From: the human T2T-CHM13v2.0 reference genome, Homo sapiens
DNA: 64,000 bases
Assembly: GCF_009914755.1 (NCBI RefSeq)
Contig: NC_060941.1
Reading direction: 5' to 3' (one strand)
Shown: positions 55,013 through 64,000 of the stretch, one piece after another
Position numbering within the stretch: position 1 is the first letter of the stretch
Layout: every line of letters begins with the position of its first letter
Translations under genes and position numbers: made by a program
Notes under the pieces: generated by a model
Database searches by the model: none
Told to the model about the DNA's origin: nothing
Seen by the model: only the letters and a program-made list of their open reading frames with translations

Positions 55013-56130
55013 AGAAACAAAATGAAACCATTTTGTTTTTAAAAGTTTTTAGACCAAAACATTTTCAAATGAATAATATTGGATTAACCATACTCATTTC
55101 TGGCCAGGCGCAGTGGCTCGCACCTGTAATCCCAACATTTTGGGAGGCTGAGACGGGTGGGTCACGAGGCCAGGAGTTCAAGACCAGCCTGGCCAAGATG
55201 GTGAAACCCCGTCTCTACTAAAAATACAAAAATTAGCCAGGCATGGTGTGGGCGCCTGTAATCCCCGCTACTCGGGAGGGTGAGACAGAGAACTGCTTGA
55301 ATTGCGGAGGTTGTAGTGAGCCGAGATCACGCCACTGCACTCTAGCCTGGGAGACAGAGCAAGACTCTGTCTCAAAAAAAATAAAAATAATAATAATACT
55401 CATTTCCTTCACTCCCTTGAGTCAACAACATAAAGCCAAAGGGAACACTGTGGTTTGATACAGGCGATGTTTGGCTGAAGCTTCGTTTCCCCTGTAAAGA
55501 TGCAGGTCGAGGAACCAGAGCCAGCTGTGGCCGGGCAAGGGCTCCTCTCCCTGTGTCACCAGGGTTGCCTGAACACCAGGACGAGAGGACTTGGCCATCT
55601 GCCCACTTGGGTGTCTTTTTCCTCCTGCCCCAATGCTAGGACTTGATACCTGACTGTTTAATTACACGGCTCAGCTGCCACGGGCCTTAAGAAAAGTCAA
55701 GGCCAGGTTCTCTCTGAGGGTCCAGCACCTGGCCTGGCTCTCCGAGGCTCATGGCCTGTGAACCCTGCAGCGTCCCCAAGGGAAGACGTCACCTCCGAGA
55801 TGGTCCTGTTGTCCAGCTCTCCCCTGCATCCCAGACTAACCAGTGTCCTCTCTGCAAACCGTCCTCATTGCCCTCAGAGACATGGCTTCCTTTTGGTTGC
55901 AAACATTGTAAAAATCGTATTCGATCAGGTCTCCTCCTCCTCGGCCCGCAGTCACTAGAACCCCCTCCCAAGACAAGCAAAGGCACCTGGTTTTCTGGGA
56001 TCCCCTGCCTAACTTGTGTGCAATTGCAAGAAAGCATATGCGTTCACCCGGAGTCTTCCTTCCCTCTCTTGCTCCGTGGGAGCACACCACACTCACTGTT
56101 CTGCACCTCTTTGCTTTTTCCATTTAACAG

Positions 56131-56308
56131 CGTGTCCCTAGAGCGCTTCCCAAGTCAAAATATAAACACCGCTCGTTCCCGCCTTTCTACCACATGGCAT
56201 TCCGCTGGGATACTTCTACGGGGAAGCTTCCTGCCCGGGGCATCGAGGGCGTTCGCGTCCGTCTGTTATGGCGGTGCTGCTGTAGATAACCGGATCCGCG
56301 AATGCTAA
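56131..56308 (+). CDS. CCDC40: Candidate alternative terminal exon B of CCDC40 (S-VSLERFPSQ...NRIREC*), within an antisense ancient L1 remnant
   Basis: CTCTTTGCTTTTTCCATTTAACAG acceptor ends at 56130; in frame with exon 10; TAA at 56306-56308. Confidence 0.6.
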
Positions 56309-56495
56309 CGCTCACCAGGATGCTATATAGCCTTTTTTATATTGCCTATCAAGCCCGGAATGTCTGGGTCTAGCGGGTATTGCTAAGTAGGATTGTGACA
56401 GTCACGCCCCCGGCAGCGGTGTTTCAAAGTCCCCTGACAGCTCAGCATGTTGTCACACTTCAGGACTGTGCCAATCCGATTGATGAAGAAAATAG

Positions 56496-57008
<513 letters not shown>

Positions 57009-58214
57009 TAATTACAGAGATTTGCTGTTTGCACCCAGATAGATTTGAAGAAGCAACTTGGAGACAGGTTTAATAGATCAGGGCCATTATTACAGAAATA
57101 AATTATTGCATAGCTTAGGACTTCCAAGCTAGGAGTGCAGTGACTGAACTATACCTCAAATATTGACCTTGAGATGTTCAGATTTGTAGAGCATCTTAGA
57201 AAATGGTGACATTCCTGGCTGATGGTCAGGATGGTGCATACCAGGCCGGTACCCTGGTGGCTGTCTGGGCATTTCTGGAGCCTTCACCCTGCGAGATCCC
57301 CATGGGGCAGGACCCCCTGGCCCAGAAGCTTGGTTTTGCCATCACACCGAGAAGGCACACTTGTCCTGGAGTTAGTTTACATGAATCGAGCTCACCAGAG
57401 CCTGACGTGTAACTGAGTATAATAGCCCATTTATGTGCATGATGAAATATAAACACCAAAGAACCGAATGCTCCACGCTCGGACTAGCAGATTCTTATCT
57501 GTGGGGGAGGACACAGGAGCGGATGACACAGACCCCTGCTCAGGGACCGGCTAGAGGGCGGAATGCCTGGGCCCCGGCCCTGTCTGCTTCCTGCTTCTTC
57601 CCCGAAGTTCATGGCCTGTCCGTCCACATGGGCGGGAGGTGTCCCGCGAGCAGCCCTCACCCTGACCTTGGCTGCTTTCTCCATTCCATTCCCCACCCCT
57701 CCTCCCTCCTGACACCCATGGCATTTTTTCAGATAAGTTAATACCTTTGATTAGGTTCCAGCCAAACCTCACCCTTTCTCTTTCCCCATGCCTTTGTGTC
57801 TCTCTTCGTCTGATGTCGAGTCTACAACCTAATGCTTTGAAGACAGACTGACTTCCCCGTCCTTGGTCAGGGGGTTGCTGCTGCGTGGGGGGGGCGGTAA
57901 CCATAATCTTGCCCCCGTGTCTCATACACAAGCTGCAAGCTTAGCTCAGAAGCTGTGCCTGTCTTGGCTGCTTTTTCTTGCTGTCTTCCCTATTTTTGCA
58001 GGAGTTTTGCACACGGTCATAAAAGTTCAGGAGAAACATGAAACGTGTTATTCTGTTTCCTGTTTAAGTCGACCTGAGGAAGCTGAAGGGGTCAGGCGCG
58101 GTGGCTCACGCCTGTAATCCCAGCTCTTTGGGAGGCCGAGGCGGGCAGATCACGAGCTCAGGAGCTGGAGATTGAAACCATCTTGGCTAACATGGTGAAA
58201 CCCCGTCTCTACTA

Positions 58215-58502
<288 letters not shown>

Positions 58503-59244
58503 TCAGTCCTGATGATGGCAGAGACGACTCCTCAAAGGCTCTTCCCCTTGGCATGGAGTGCTGGAGCCTGCCCTAGGGAGGGAGGACAGGATGGAGCAAG
58601 ACACTGAACGCAGAATTAGAGCTAGGCAACGAGCGGGTGATTTCACTGTTTCCTGGGTAACAAGCCCCAGGCTCAGCTCGGTCTGGTGTAGCCCCTCAAA
58701 GGGGACACTGTCCTTGCCCCCAGTTGATGGAGGAGGAAGGAGCGGAAGGCAGTGTGGGATGGGTTGGGTGTGGGCATTGCCACAGTGTCCCCAGCAGGCC
58801 TCCTTCTAGCCTGGGGATCTGGCAGGTGGGTCCCAGTCACCACCAATGCCCCATATACCCAAGGACACTGGTGACCCAGCAGACCTGAGGCCACAGACCA
58901 AAGACAGAGTAACAACCCCATTAAAAATGTGCCCCCATGGGCGGGCATAGTGGCTCCTGCCTGTAATCACAGTGCTTTGGGAGACTGAGGCAAGAGGATC
59001 CCTTAAGCCCAGGAGTTCAAGACCAGCCCGGGCAACATAGTAAAGTAAGACCTTGTCTCTAAAATAAAATATAAAAAATAGCCAGGTGTGGTGGTGTGTG
59101 CCTGTGGTCTCATCTACTTGGGAGGCAGAAGCAGGATGATCACTTGAGTCCAGGAATTTGAGGCTGCAGTGAACTGTGATTGCACGAATGCACTCCAGCC
59201 TGGGCAACAGAGCAAGACCCTGTCTCTCAAAAAATTTTTAATTA

Positions 59245-59445
<201 letters not shown>

Positions 59446-60172
59446 TCAGGACTGCTGTGGTAGCTCATGGTGTCCTGTCCCTTCTTCCCACCGGGGAATG
59501 ACCGTGGCTGTGGGCACACCCCCTGTCCATCTGGGCCTGCCTGTGGGAGCTGGACACTGCCCTCCCCAGCAGCCAGAAGTCCTGAAGGAACCGTGTGTGA
59601 CCCTCAAGACCAGACCGGGCCTGCCACACCAACCCTTCAAAGACCGCAGCGGTCCAGGCAATCCAACGTGGGTCCCAAAGCTAGGTGAATAACCACGAGG
59701 AGCCCACGGTCAGCCCCTTCCCATCACATACGCAGGGAAATGGGTCACTTTCACTTTCAGAAAACAAAGCCTGGACCGCACTTAACTTGGAGGCAGATAA
59801 CCTAATCAGAATTCACACACGCCTGGGACTTGGAGCCAAAAGCACCCGTGCTCTTACCTGCCTTTGTCCTATTTCCTGGCGGGAAATACAGAGGGCAGAC
59901 AGGTCTTGGCCCGCAGCCACAGCCCCTTTACCCCAAGATGTGACTCGGTCAGCCACACGGCCTCACAGCCTCCTCCCAGGCCCTCAGCTGTGGCCACGGC
60001 AGCCAGGCAGGCCGACCCAAGGACAAAAGCCACGGGCAGTGTCCTGGGAGAGAACCCGGCCTTGACCACAGGCTGCTGGACACCTCCTGTGTCCCCCCCT
60101 TAATCCTCAGAGGCACGGTGCCCAATGCCTGGGCCATATTCCAGATTCCATCCGTTCTTTTTGTTTCATTTA

Positions 60173-60845
<673 letters not shown>

Positions 60846-61454
60846 TACTTTCTATTGGTGCCTGCTGATCTACGGAGTTTTTAAAGTACGATTTAAAAAA
60901 ATAATAATCCTTATCAAGGATAAGTGATTGCGTTACAGGACATTTGAAAAACAGAGAAAAGGATTTAAAAATACCATCGACTTTCTCTTTTTGTGACAAG
61001 AAGACTCATTAGCATGTCAGCACACTCTCAGGCACACGTTTCCCCGAGTGTTAGGAGTTCTGTTGCACAGTTTGTAACTGTATCTTTTTAAATTGGGCAT
61101 CTTATTTTTATTGTCAAATTTAGACATTTATAAGGCTGCTCCTTCCTAAAAAAAGAAAATGAGTAACTTATTTACTTGAAGTCAGGATGACTGGGGATAA
61201 TTTATGTACAAAATTGCATACCTCCAGCCCTGGCAACCGCTGTGCCGCCTTCTGTGCCTATAGCTCTGCCATTTCTAGAATGTCATATAAATGGAATCGC
61301 GCAGTCTGTAGCTTTTCTTGTCTGGCTTCTTCCACTTGGCATCATGCTTTTGAGACCCACCCATGTTGCAAGATCAGTAGTCTGTTCCTTTTTATTGTTG
61401 AATAGTATTCCCTTGCACGGATACATCAGATGTATTTGTCCATCCACCAACTGA

Positions 61455-63560
<2,106 letters not shown>

Positions 63561-64000
63561 TTGGTTTTTTTGAGGTGGAGTCTTGCTCTGTTGCCCGGGC
63601 TGGAGTGCTATGGTACGATCTTGGCTCACTGCAGCCTCTGCCTCCCGGATTCCAGTAATTCTCTTGCCTCAGACTTCTGAGTAGCTAGGATTACAGGTCC
63701 TTACCACCACACCTGGCTAATTTTTTATATTTTTAGTAGAGATGGGGTTGCAACCGTGTTGGCCAGGCTGGTCTTGAACTCCTAACCTCAAGTGATATGC
63801 TCACCTCAGCCTCCCAAAGTGCTGGGATTACAGGCATGCGCCACCTCAGCCTCCCAAAGTGCTGGGATTACAGGCATGAGCCACCGTGCCTGGCCCAAAA
63901 TATTACTTTTTTTTTTTTTTTTTGAGGTGGAGCTTCTCTTTTGTCGCCCAGGCTGGAGTGCAGTGGCACGATCTCAGCTCACTGAAAACTCCACCTCCCA

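Noticed and set aside
56131-56480. Possible foreign or bacterial-like insert (CpG-rich, moderate GC)
   Set aside because: Collinear resemblance to old L1 3' consensus explains it better; reported as a CpG-rich L1 instead

Overview
Human genomic DNA (Alu-dense, includes an AluYa5-type element), recognisable as the head-to-head TBC1D16 / CCDC40 locus (17q25.3 from my recollection of these genes). Minus strand: TBC1D16 non-coding exon 1 (~24451-24528), a ~23 kb intron 1, and exon 2 with the start codon (1305-1547). Plus strand: CCDC40 coding exons 1-10 (25319-54232). All have GT-AG boundaries and phases that join into 520 codons + 2 nt; intron 10 runs past the window end. The genes share a CpG-island bidirectional promoter with two RFX X-boxes and a forkhead site at the CCDC40 start. 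The rest is mostly Alu, L1, L2/MIR, MLT/MER LTRs, Tigger/MER DNA transposons and a complex CA-rich VNTR. Best leads: (1) two retroelement-derived candidate terminal exons in CCDC40 intron 10, both in frame with exon 10, predicting ~574 and ~579 aa half-length isoforms, one lying in a CpG-rich ancient L1 remnant; (2) two local templated insertions copied from ~3.9 kb away; (3) an ~80 bp direct repeat flanking an Alu; (4) in-frame competing splice donors and inverted Alus around exon 3. I found no convincing novel protein-coding gene. Repeat family names are by eye and need RepeatMasker/Dfam confirmation.
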